This document shows, piece after piece, positions 1-8,558 of a stretch of 48,387 nucleotides of DNA. Within the stretch, counting starts at the first letter, position 1. Every line of letters begins with the position of its first letter. The stretch comes from a virus (lineage: Duplodnaviria; Caudoviricetes). The stretch is taken from positions 1 to 48,387 of the IMG/VR virus record IMGVR_UViG_3300032155_000020, one strand, 5' to 3'. Made by a program: the position numbers and the translations under genes. A model generated the notes under the pieces. It ran no database searches. It was not told where the DNA came from and saw only the letters and a list, made by a program, of their open reading frames with translations.

Positions 1-1035
1 CTACTCAGACGTGGAAATCGGGGGCCGGGTGCGGATGGCCCGATTCATTTCACCTTTGAGCACGTGGTAGTAGTGCTTTTGCGTGGTGGTGATGTTCGAG
101 TGCCCCAGGATCTTGGACACCGCCGCCAGGTCGGCCCCGTTGGCCAGCATGGTGGAGGCGAACAGGTGGCGGATGTCGTACATGCGCACCGGGTAGGGGA
201 TGCCCGCGCGCTGTGCCGCCCGCGCCAGCCCCTTGTTCACTCTGGTGATGGCGTGGCCCTTGTATTCGATCAGGTACTCGCCTTTCCGTTCCGCCCGCAT
301 CTGTAGCAGCCTGTCGCGGAATTGCGGCGTGATGGGTACCAGCCGGTCTGCGTCGTGGGTCTTGGTTCCCTTCACGTGGACGCGGCACTGCTCGAAGTCC
401 ACGTCGGCCCAGCGGATGGCGAACAGCTCCGTTACACCGGGCCGCGTGCCCAACTCCCATTCTATTTCGATGGCCCACTGAAGGTGCGGCGCTGCGTGCT
501 TCACGATCTTGCCGAGGTCCGGCAGCGTCAGGCGCATGTCGCGGCGTGGTTCCTTGGTCTTGCGCCATTTGGCCAGCGGGTTGTTGGTCGTGTGGCCGTG
601 CTCGACCGCAAAGCGGAACAGCGCCTTCAGATAGCCCAGGTAGCGTTGCCGGGTGGCCAGTTTGCGGTGCCCCCACGTCTTGTCCACGAAGGCAATCACG
701 TCCGCGTATGTGATGGCGTCCAGCGGGGCGTGCGTCAGCCCTGGCAGGACGTAGTTGTTCATGAGCAGCGCGAAGTCGTGCAACCACCGTTGCGAGGCAC
801 CGCGCGTCTTGCGCTCCAGCGCGTAGATCTGCGCCACGGTGTCCAGGTAGGTCTTTCCGGGGGTGGCGACAGGCTCTTGCCCGCGCGTCTTGTCCAGTTT
901 GATCTCGGCATCGCGGATGCGCGCCTGGCGTTCGCCCAGCGGCCCCTTGGGAAAGTATTCCCGGCGAGGTGTACGCTCGCCGGGAATACGGTACTGCACG
1001 AACCACGTGCCGTTGGGTTTCTTGTGGACGCTCAT
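1..1035 (-). CDS. int: Tyrosine recombinase / phage integrase
   Basis: Catalytic motifs GTRPG (R), KGTKT (K), YDIRH, LGH and HYY; N-terminal arm-binding-like segment (WFVQYR). Confidence 0.95.
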   Translation of the reverse strand: MSVHKKPNGTWFVQYRIPGERTPRREYFPKGPLGERQARIRDAEIKLDKTRGQEPVATPGKTYLDTVAQIYALERKTRGASQRWLHDFALLMNNYVLPGLTHAPLDAITYADVIAFVDKTWGHRKLATRQRYLGYLKALFRFAVEHGHTTNNPLAKWRKTKEPRRDMRLTLPDLGKIVKHAAPHLQWAIEIEWELGTRPGVTELFAIRWADVDFEQCRVHVKGTKTHDADRLVPITPQFRDRLLQMRAERKGEYLIEYKGHAITRVNKGLARAAQRAGIPYPVRMYDIRHLFASTMLANGADLAAVSKILGHSNITTTQKHYYHVLKGEMNRAIRTRPPISTSE

Positions 1036-1274
1036 ATCCGGATGGGCGTGAATCCTTCGCGCGTGCGGGGGCGGGGCGTGGGCGTTTGCGACATGAACAC
1101 GCGCGGGTTTTCCATGAAGGCGTCCAGATCGACGATGCGGAATCGGTTCAGCCGAGGGCCACGGCGCGGGATGGAACCCTCGCGGGCATAGATGCTGAAG
1201 CGCTTCACGCTGTAGCCCAGGTACGCGGCGGCCTGTTTGGTGTTGAGGTAGCCGGGTGGCATGTCGGCGGGCAT
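1032..1274 (-). CDS. xis: Excisionase-like MerR/AlpA-type HTH protein
   Basis: YLNTKQAAAYLGYS...FRIVDLDAFM winged-HTH pattern; its stop overlaps the integrase start (ATGA); GGAGG upstream. Confidence 0.8.
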   Translation of the reverse strand: MPADMPPGYLNTKQAAAYLGYSVKRFSIYAREGSIPRRGPRLNRFRIVDLDAFMENPRVFMSQTPTPRPRTREGFTPIRI

Positions 1275-1284
1275 GGGGCCTCCG

Positions 1285-1446
1285 TCATGCGCGGCGCGCC
1301 AACTGGGCGCGCTGCCGGTCGTGCTGTACCGGCGCGTTGGCCGAGACGATTGCGGCGGGCATTACCGCCGTGACGATGATGTTCCGGGCGAGCAGTTCGC
1401 CGCCAAGGGGGCGGACTGCGGGGGGAGAAAACACATATGATGGCAT
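1285..1446 (-). CDS. Small hypothetical protein (53 aa, MPSYVFSPPAVRPLGG...)
   Basis: Read manually (below ORF-track cutoff); strong GGAGGTG RBS just upstream of ATG 1446; first gene of the xis-int operon. Confidence 0.5.
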   Translation of the reverse strand: MPSYVFSPPAVRPLGGELLARNIIVTAVMPAAIVSANAPVQHDRQRAQLARRA

Positions 1447-1467
1447 AGGCACCTCCTTGGAGGTGCG

Positions 1468-1496
1468 ATGCTAGGATATGAAATCCGCTATATCAA
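1468..1496 (-). promoter_or_regulatory. Sigma70-type promoter for the 53aa-xis-int operon
   Basis: Minus strand TTGATA (1496-1491), 17 bp, TAGCAT (1473-1468); an operator copy lies in the spacer. Confidence 0.65.
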
Positions 1497-1859
1497 GAAA
1501 AATTAGGATGTGTAGTCCTAAATTAACCCGCGCGCCTTCGCTTCCTGGGTGAGCTGCCAGATCATGGTGGGGAAATCCATGCCAAGAAGTTCCGCCATCC
1601 GGTGTGCCTCGGCAAGCAGGATGCGCCGGGGACGCGTGGCTTCCCGGCAGCTGCGCCACAGGCGGGAACCAGACTCTTCACCGAAGATGCGCCGGCCAAA
1701 CTCGGAATGCGACAGGTCCGAGTTTTCGACCCTTTCCGCGACCAGCGCGACCAGCGCGCGTTCAAAAGCCATTGAGTTTTCCATCCGCATTTCATACAGG
1801 ACATTTCATCCTATCGACAGAGGGGAAAATATCTTGACTCAATAGGATTTAAAATCCTA
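1472..1859. promoter_or_regulatory. Four repressor-operator-like sites, consensus TAGGA-N7-TCCTA
   Basis: 1472-1488 TAGGATATGAAATCCGC; 1504-1520 TAGGATGTGTAGTCCTA; 1797-1813 CAGGACATTTCATCCTA; 1843-1859 TAGGATTTAAAATCCTA, next to TTGACT at 1834-1839. Confidence 0.7.
1518..1790 (-). CDS. Small HTH immunity repressor candidate (true start may be 1784 or 1772)
   Basis: HTH-like LSHSEFGRRIFG...LWRS; divergent from the cro-like gene; flanked by operator palindromes. Confidence 0.65.
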   Translation of the reverse strand: MRMENSMAFERALVALVAERVENSDLSHSEFGRRIFGEESGSRLWRSCREATRPRRILLAEAHRMAELLGMDFPTMIWQLTQEAKARGLI

Positions 1860-2200
1860 TGTCGTCAGACATGAAAGCAACCGAACTTCTCCTCAGTCGT
1901 ATGGTCCGGCGGCATGGGAACTACTCCGCCACGGCCCGAGCTCTCGGGCTGATCCCGCGCTGCCTGCGCCGCACCCGGCGCGCCTCCAACACCCCAACCC
2001 GGCGCATCATCGTGCTGGCCGGTAAGCTGTACGTCCTGCGCGAGCTGTTGTCGCAGCTCCGCGCGGCGGGCGCAGTCACGGACGATGACCTGCGCTCGGC
2101 ATGGGAGGCCATGTCCTCTTCGGAAACCCCTAGCCCCAAACCCGCGCCGCGTGCCACGTCGGTGTCCAAACTGGGGAGGCGCCACAATGCAAGCGCATGA
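1859..2200 (+). CDS. Cro/Cox-like early regulator (start may be 1871)
   Basis: GNYSATARALGLIPRCLRR HTH-like segment; first gene of the rightward early operon. Confidence 0.55.
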   Translation: MSSDMKATELLLSRMVRRHGNYSATARALGLIPRCLRRTRRASNTPTRRIIVLAGKLYVLRELLSQLRAAGAVTDDDLRSAWEAMSSSETPSPKPAPRATSVSKLGRRHNASA

Positions 2201-2687
2201 CGCCCGCCCCCTGCATCACCCGCTGCATCACCCCCTGCTTCACCTGGACGCCGTGGACGCCTTCAAGCTGGCCGTGGAGCAGAGCGGCCTGCCCCTTCCC
2301 GAAATCGCCAAGCGCATGGGCTGGTCCATGCCGCAGGCGCGGCGGGTGTTCTCCGCCGAGAAGTACTTCCCCTCGTTCCCTGACCTGCCCCAATTCTGCA
2401 TCGCGGTGGGAAACCTGACGGTGGTGCACTGGCTGCTGGCCAAGGCCACCCCCGACGGCCAGGCCGAACCCCACGCCACTCTCGACTGCGCCTCTCTGCT
2501 GCTGCGCGTGGCCGACCTGTTCACGGAGGTTGGCCACGTGGCGGAGGAAGCCTGCCGTGCCGCGTCCGATGACCGGCTGCAAGCAATCGAGTTGCGCCGC
2601 CTGTTGAAGGAACTGGCCGACGTGCTGGAGCGCGGCATGGCTCTTGTGGGCGACCTGCGCCAGATGGAGCGCATGGCCGATGCCTAG
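2187..2687 (+). CDS. Phage regulatory CII-family protein
   Basis: GGGGAGG RBS before ATG 2187; HTH LPEIAKRMGWS, then FCIAVGNLTVVHWL and a helical C-terminus typical of 186-CII-like proteins; syntenic position. Confidence 0.7.
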   Translation: MQAHDARPLHHPLHHPLLHLDAVDAFKLAVEQSGLPLPEIAKRMGWSMPQARRVFSAEKYFPSFPDLPQFCIAVGNLTVVHWLLAKATPDGQAEPHATLDCASLLLRVADLFTEVGHVAEEACRAASDDRLQAIELRRLLKELADVLERGMALVGDLRQMERMADA

Positions 2688-2886
2688 CCCCTGCTGCCCC
2701 AGAACCCCGCAGGAAGCGGGCTGCGCCACCGTGGAGGCCCTGAAACAGGCCGCCGTGGCGCGCCCGCACCTGCGGCCATGCCCCCGCTACCGGGGCTCGC
2801 GGGGGACCATGCTGTGGATCTACCGGACGCACTGCTCAAGCTGCCCCCGAAATGAGGAGGCGAAGGGGGAAGGCCGCGATGGATAA
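2680..2886 (+). CDS. Small Cys-rich hypothetical protein
   Basis: Overlaps both neighbours (translational coupling); contains CC, CPRYRG and HCSSC. Confidence 0.5.
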   Translation: MPSPCCPRTPQEAGCATVEALKQAAVARPHLRPCPRYRGSRGTMLWIYRTHCSSCPRNEEAKGEGRDG

Positions 2887-5725
2887 CGGCATTCGCACGG
2901 CGGAGATCGTCCGCGCGCTGCTGGCGGATCACCGCTTCGACTTCAAGGAAGAGACCAACTACCTGCGACGGGGCGTATGCCCCAGCTGCGGCAAGCGCAC
3001 CCTGTACGTGGGCAAGCAGAAGCCGTGGATGCTGCGCTGCGAACGGCTGAACAAGTGCGGGTTCGAGGAACCCACGCGCGAGGCGCTGCCCGACCTGTTC
3101 GAGGACTTCGCGCGGCGTTACCCGCCCACGGAAGAAAACCGGCAGGCCACGGCGGATGCCTACCTTGGCCTTGATCGCGGCTTCGACCTTTCGCGCATTC
3201 GGGGCTGGTACGAGCAGGCGGCATGGCCCGTGCCGGGCACCACGGACTACGTGCCCACGGTGCGCTTTTACCTGGACGATGGGCGCACCCGCTGGTGGGA
3301 CCGGCTGATAGGCCGCACCAAGAAGGACGGCCAGAAGGCCCACTTCGGCGGCAAGCGCAAGGACGACGGCACGCTGTTTCAGGGCGACGTGTGGACCCCG
3401 CCGGGGCAGCAGATAAACGACGGCGACCGGGTGTGGCTGGTGGAGGGCATCTTTCACGCCATCGCGCTGGCCCTTTCCGGCCACAAGGCGGCGGCCTGCT
3501 TTTCGTGCAACCACTTTCCGGCGGCGTTCATTCAGGCCCACAAGGGGCGGCACATCCGCTGGGTGCTGGCCATGGATTCGGACAAGGCCGGGTCCAAGTG
3601 GTGCAAGACGCACCACAAGACGCTCAAGGCCATGGGCGAGTTGGCCCTTGTGTGCATGCTGCCCGATGGCCGCGACTGGGACGACCTGTACCGGGCCGGG
3701 CGCATAGACGACGCCTTCATCCGCGACCGCCTGTACTACGGGCGGCTGTTTATGGCCGAGACGGTGCAGGAGAAGGCGTACATCTACTACACCCGCAACC
3801 GGCGCATGATCTTCATCATGGACTTCGAGAACGCGCTGTACTCCATCAAGCTGGGCGCGGACTTCGAGAAGGGACTGGGCGAGGCGGCAGGGCAGTGGGT
3901 GGCGCAGGAACAGGAGGCCAAGCGCACGGGCAAGGTGCCGACCACCGCCCCGGCCAGCGCGGGGGGCACCGCCCCGGCCAGCACGGTAGAGGGGGCAGGG
4001 CAGGGCGTCGACGCCCCGGAGTCCACGCCCGTGCCCACGTCCCCCAACCCGCCAAGCCCCCCCAATCCCATAGACGCCGTGCTCGATTCCCCCACCGGGC
4101 GCGACCTGTTCGCCATGCACTGCGGCATCGACCAGATATCCAACGTGCTGCCCAAGTTCCTGTACATGGAGCGCGACGCCCTGGTGGACGAGCAGCGCTA
4201 CGTGTTCGGCATCTCCTACGCCAACGGCCAGGCCGACGACCTGATCGCGCTGGAAGGCACCGCCATCACCAGCCCGGACGCCTTCCACAAGGCCATGCTG
4301 AACCGGTCGCGCGGGGGCACCTTTGACGGTGACGCCCGGCAGCTGAAGATTCTGCGCGACCGCTGGCTGAACAACCGCATGACCACCGTGAGCGCGCTGC
4401 CCTTCGTGGGCTATGACCGCGAATCCGACGCGTGGATCTTTCAGGAGCACGCATGGAGCAAGGGCCGCAAGCTGGCCGTGAACAAGCACGGCTACTTCGA
4501 AGTGAACCGGCGTGGCGTGAAGTCCATGCTGAACGGCGTGTACATCCGCACCGATGGCCGCTTCACGCCGGACTGGCTGGACAACTACGCAAAGGCCTTC
4601 CACTGGCAGGGGCTGGCCACGCTGGCCTACTGGCTGGGGTCGCTGTTCGTGCAGCAGATCCGCGCGCGGCACAAGACCTTCCCCTTCCTGGAACTGACCG
4701 GCGAGCCGGGCGCGGGCAAGTCCACCATCCTGGAGTTTCTGTGGAAGTGCGTGGGCCGAGACGACTACGAAGGCTTCGACCTGCTGAAGGCCACCCCCGC
4801 CGGGCGGCGGCGCGCCTTTTCGCAGGTGAGCAACCTGCCGGTGGTCATCATCGAATCGGACCGCGACAACGGCGACAAGGACGCCAAGCAGCGGCAATTC
4901 GGCTTTGACGAGGTGAAGCCCTTCTACAACGGGCGCGGCACCGGCACGCTGGGCGTGGCCCGGCGCTCCAACGATGTGGAGGAGCATCTGTTCCAGGCAT
5001 CGCTGGTCATCAGCCAGAATGCCGAGGTGGACGGGTCGGAGGCGCTGCTGCAGCGCATCGTGCATTGCCACGCCGACAAGAAGCACCACAAGACCGGCAC
5101 GCGTGACGTGGCCCGGTGGTTCGAGCGGCAGACGGCGGCGGACGTGGGCGGCTTTCTGGGCGTGGCCCTGTCGCGCGAACGCGAGATTCTGGACGCCTAC
5201 GCGGCGGCCTTCGACAGCATAGAGGCCCGCTACACCGACAGCGGCGCCCTGAAGAACGAGCGCATCATCAAGAACCATGCGCAAATTGCCGCGTGCGGCC
5301 ACGCCCTGAAGGTGCTGTTTCCCACCATGTCGGACTACCTGCGCGAAGGCCTGACCGAATACCTGTTCCTGCGGGCCAAGGCGCGGGAGCAACGCCTGGC
5401 TGCGGACCACCCGCTGGTGGAGCAGTTCTGGGATACCTATGACTACCTGTCCATCCAGCTGACCAAAACCACCTCGCGGTTGGACCCGCTGAACCACGAC
5501 CGGCGTGACGGCGTCATTGCCGTGAACTTCAACCAGTTTCTGGAGGCGTGCCGCAACTGCGGCCAGCCCACCCCCGACATAGGCGCGCTGAAAAAGCTGC
5601 TGCCAGCCGGGAATGCCCGGCGCTTCATTGCCGCCAACCGCAGCGTGCATTCGCAGCACGAGAAGAAGACCGTGAAGTGCTGGCTGTTCCACGTCGCCAA
5701 ACTGCCCACCCTGGAGGAAGATTGA
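2879..5725 (+). CDS. Zn-finger/Toprim DNA primase-helicase replication protein (P4 alpha-like architecture)
   Basis: CPSCGK...CERLNKC zinc finger; Toprim LVEGIFHAIAL, MDSD, DWDD; Walker A GEPGAGKS; Walker B-like VVIIESD; C-terminal winged-helix-like domain. Confidence 0.9.
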   Translation: MDNGIRTAEIVRALLADHRFDFKEETNYLRRGVCPSCGKRTLYVGKQKPWMLRCERLNKCGFEEPTREALPDLFEDFARRYPPTEENRQATADAYLGLDRGFDLSRIRGWYEQAAWPVPGTTDYVPTVRFYLDDGRTRWWDRLIGRTKKDGQKAHFGGKRKDDGTLFQGDVWTPPGQQINDGDRVWLVEGIFHAIALALSGHKAAACFSCNHFPAAFIQAHKGRHIRWVLAMDSDKAGSKWCKTHHKTLKAMGELALVCMLPDGRDWDDLYRAGRIDDAFIRDRLYYGRLFMAETVQEKAYIYYTRNRRMIFIMDFENALYSIKLGADFEKGLGEAAGQWVAQEQEAKRTGKVPTTAPASAGGTAPASTVEGAGQGVDAPESTPVPTSPNPPSPPNPIDAVLDSPTGRDLFAMHCGIDQISNVLPKFLYMERDALVDEQRYVFGISYANGQADDLIALEGTAITSPDAFHKAMLNRSRGGTFDGDARQLKILRDRWLNNRMTTVSALPFVGYDRESDAWIFQEHAWSKGRKLAVNKHGYFEVNRRGVKSMLNGVYIRTDGRFTPDWLDNYAKAFHWQGLATLAYWLGSLFVQQIRARHKTFPFLELTGEPGAGKSTILEFLWKCVGRDDYEGFDLLKATPAGRRRAFSQVSNLPVVIIESDRDNGDKDAKQRQFGFDEVKPFYNGRGTGTLGVARRSNDVEEHLFQASLVISQNAEVDGSEALLQRIVHCHADKKHHKTGTRDVARWFERQTAADVGGFLGVALSREREILDAYAAAFDSIEARYTDSGALKNERIIKNHAQIAACGHALKVLFPTMSDYLREGLTEYLFLRAKAREQRLAADHPLVEQFWDTYDYLSIQLTKTTSRLDPLNHDRRDGVIAVNFNQFLEACRNCGQPTPDIGALKKLLPAGNARRFIAANRSVHSQHEKKTVKCWLFHVAKLPTLEED

Positions 5726-5726
5726 G

Positions 5727-6326
5727 ATGGAAACCCGTCTTACCGAAGCCGACCAAGGAATGGCCCTGTACACCATCGGGCGTGACCGACTGCACCGCCT
5801 GCTGGCCATCTGGAACATGCTTTCCGGCGTGCCGGAAGATGCGCTGCGCTGCCAGACGGAAACCATGTTCGGGCTGGAGGGAGAAGACGCGGATAACCCG
5901 GCGCGCGTGCATGCCGCAGGGGAATACGTGCTGCGCATGAACGCCGTGCTGCTGGAGAAAGGGGCGCGCGTGGGGGCTGCTGCTGCGGGCGCGTACATGC
6001 GTGCCGTGGGCGTGAAGACGGAGGAACCGGAGCTGGCCAAGGTGTTCTGGCGGGAATTCGACCGGCTGCAACAGCGCGTGGGCGGGCTGGATCATTCACG
6101 CACCCCGGCGCGCATCGCTGTCAACCTGAACCAGTTCTTGCGGCTTTCCGCCGAGCATGGCGGCCCCGGCTTTGACAGCGCCGAACTGAAGGAGGCCCTG
6201 CGGGCAAGCCAGCGCCATGTGCTGGTGGCGGCGAACCGCTGCGTTCATTCCCGTCGCCCCGGCAAGGCGTACAAGTGCTGGGTGTTCGAGCGGGGGGGCG
6301 TTGCCCCTGCCTTGGCAGATGGCTGA
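5727..6326 (+). CDS. Hypothetical protein carrying a paralogous copy of the primase-helicase C-terminal domain
   Basis: LDH...IAVNLNQFL...ELKEAL...AANRCVHS...YKCWVF matches the helicase C-terminus LNH...IAVNFNQFL...ALKKLL...AANRSVHS...VKCWLF; GGAGG RBS. Confidence 0.8.
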   Translation: METRLTEADQGMALYTIGRDRLHRLLAIWNMLSGVPEDALRCQTETMFGLEGEDADNPARVHAAGEYVLRMNAVLLEKGARVGAAAAGAYMRAVGVKTEEPELAKVFWREFDRLQQRVGGLDHSRTPARIAVNLNQFLRLSAEHGGPGFDSAELKEALRASQRHVLVAANRCVHSRRPGKAYKCWVFERGGVAPALADG

Positions 6327-6350
6327 TCCTGGTCCGCACACCGCCACAAG

Positions 6351-6387
6351 GCCCCGCTACCCCGATGGGTGGCGGGGTTTTTGTTTA
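6351..6387 (+). terminator. Rho-independent terminator of the early operon
   Basis: GCCCCGCTACCC-CGAT-GGGTGGCGGGGT followed by TTTTGTTT. Confidence 0.8.
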
Positions 6388-6399
6388 ACAGGCTGTAAT

Positions 6400-6760
6400 C
6401 ATGTATATGCGCGCGTTACACGCGCATGCGTGCGCGCCGCGCGCGAAAAGGCGTTTTCCAAACGCAAGGCCTCGTCGCAAGTGGTGTGAGCGGTGATGAA
6501 ATTCATTTTTTATGTATAACTATGTAAAAAATAAAATTAAATGTCCTGACCGCAATCCACACCTCGATTTGCCCAAAACGGTGATGTCCACACCGCTGCA
6601 TATCTCCGCCTCACACCGCAGCGGGTGTGTGCTAACATGCTGAAATCCCGTGTTTCGCCAGATGAGCAAAAGCGGCGAGGTGTGAGGAAAAGTGTTTTGA
6701 TGGCAATGTGTTGCGATAGAATATGAGGGGGCTCACACCGCACACACCGGGCAGAAAGTA
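6400..6760. other. Putative replication origin (iterons plus AT-rich tract)
   Basis: Non-coding region with about eight CACACC/GGTGTG copies in both orientations, an AT-rich run at 6499-6544 and an alternating purine-pyrimidine tract at ~6401-6445. Confidence 0.55.
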
Positions 6761-6829
6761 GGGGGGAGAGCTATCTGTTTGCATGACTTGCATGCAAACA
6801 GATAGCTTTGTGATAAGGGCGCACAGTCG

Positions 6830-8449
6830 CTACCGTCTGAATCTATTCCGAAGTGCAAAGCCAAACAGTGCCGCTTGTAGAGTGATAGTGACTTGGAAAA
6901 ATAACATCATCCAGCGAGCTAGGGGGCTGGTGGTGTTTTGTTCTGGAATCTTTGCAAGGGGGATAAAGCTCAACCATTGTGTAAGTAGCACGTCGGAAGA
7001 TAAAGCTAGATCGGCAAATAGTTCTGGGTACCATGTGTGTAGAATGTGCAAAACGAAATATGGACTAAGTATGAAAAGAAGAAGAATTATGAGTGCTCGT
7101 TTGGGGTCCTCTCCATAACCGCTTATCAATTTATAAATAGAAAGTGCTATCCAAAGGGCGCCACCGCGAAATTCTTCAGTGGCAGATAGTGGGCGCTCGG
7201 GCCAATGTCTACTTTCAATTCTATTGTGGAACTGATTCTTACTCCTAAAGCGTTGCATTTCTTTTTCAGCGTAGTGAAAATCAGATGCTAACGGTTCATC
7301 CATCTCTTCGCGGGCGGCCTTTTTTAGTCTGCGATATAGGTCCTCAAGGTGTTTTGCTTTGGGTGCTTGTAATTCGCTTTGTTTTTTTGGAAATTCAGAT
7401 GCTGCTCTAACATTTTCAATGTCAAAAAAACCATGTCCATTCGCCTTTCGTGCGTCATAAGTAATCGATCTTCCGTTCGAAAGTGGCCATGTGCAAGCCA
7501 TAATGCGAAAGTTTTCTACCGGCGCGCCAAGTAATTCTGTCCTTCTGAAATCAACTTTTTCAAAAGTTGGTGGCGTTAAAAAATGACAGTGTCTAAAAGA
7601 AGCGTTTCCCATGTCAGATTCTACAAACGACGATCTTGAATGAAATACGGTGTTATCGAATGACATTTTTCCTTCTGTTTTTAGTGATACAAATTTTATA
7701 GATGAATATATGTGTGATTTTGATATTGCAATCGCAGTATTGGTGTCTGATTTTATATTGTTAAAAATGGAATATGAGTCTGTATCGAGTCCTATTGTGG
7801 AAAAAATGAAATGTGCATCGCTTTCAAATGTGATATTTGAAAAGCTTATTCCGCGTTCAAATGTGCTGTTATTGAATTCAGATGTTGAGTGAAACTTAAT
7901 TTTTGAAAAACTTGAGTAAGTATTAAATGTTGAATAATTAAATTTTGTTGTTTTGAAGAAATGTATGTCTTCAAAAGATGCTCTTTCGATAAAAATTGCT
8001 TTGTCAAAGCTTACAAGAGAATAAAATGATGTTGATTCAAAATATGTTTTGTTGCTAAACGTTGCTTTTACAAAGTTTGCGTTTTTGAAAAATTTGCAGT
8101 TTATGAATCTTGCAGTGCCTAGGAATGTGGCATTTTTTATTTTAAAATATCCTAAAAATTTTGAATTCGAAAAATCAATCTCAGGTATATTTAGACCGGA
8201 TAGATCAATATGGCATGGTATAATTATACCTGTAAGCTTTACAGGCGTATTTTGTGATGGCGATGTGGGTCGCTTATTGCTGGTCTTATTCAGTATTATG
8301 TTTCGTATTAGCGTCTGTATTTCCTTGTCGCGATTTGTTTTTAAAGGTGCTGGTGCGTGGAGTAAGCAGTATCTATGACCATCGCGATCGGTGATTGTGG
8401 CGTCAAGGGGATGTGGCCATTTGTATTGTTCGCACTTGCAGCAGCCCAT
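6830..8449 (-). CDS. Pentapeptide-repeat protein with C-terminal transmembrane segments (AT-rich moron)
   Basis: AGGAGG RBS before ATG 8449; N-terminal CCKC...CLLH; repeats such as ATFLGTARF/ATFSNKTYF/AIFIERASF; SGYGEDPKRA followed by hydrophobic helices. Confidence 0.8.
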   Translation of the reverse strand: MGCCKCEQYKWPHPLDATITDRDGHRYCLLHAPAPLKTNRDKEIQTLIRNIILNKTSNKRPTSPSQNTPVKLTGIIIPCHIDLSGLNIPEIDFSNSKFLGYFKIKNATFLGTARFINCKFFKNANFVKATFSNKTYFESTSFYSLVSFDKAIFIERASFEDIHFFKTTKFNYSTFNTYSSFSKIKFHSTSEFNNSTFERGISFSNITFESDAHFIFSTIGLDTDSYSIFNNIKSDTNTAIAISKSHIYSSIKFVSLKTEGKMSFDNTVFHSRSSFVESDMGNASFRHCHFLTPPTFEKVDFRRTELLGAPVENFRIMACTWPLSNGRSITYDARKANGHGFFDIENVRAASEFPKKQSELQAPKAKHLEDLYRRLKKAAREEMDEPLASDFHYAEKEMQRFRSKNQFHNRIESRHWPERPLSATEEFRGGALWIALSIYKLISGYGEDPKRALIILLLFILSPYFVLHILHTWYPELFADLALSSDVLLTQWLSFIPLAKIPEQNTTSPLARWMMLFFQVTITLQAALFGFALRNRFRR

Positions 8450-8558
8450 ATCGTAGATCCTCCTGTGTTGGGTATCGAAGAAGATATAAGAGCGGGTTGT
8501 TGTTGGCAATACGGTATGTTGGCGGCGTCCGGCGGCTTGGTGTCGGATGGGGGGGCGC

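Noticed and set aside
2684-6040. 1118-aa minus-strand ORF
   Set aside because: Antisense shadow of the GC-rich primase-helicase gene; no motifs or RBS.
6337-6760. Possible CRISPR or mini-array
   Set aside because: Repeats are only 6-9 bp, in mixed orientation and irregularly spaced; no cas genes.
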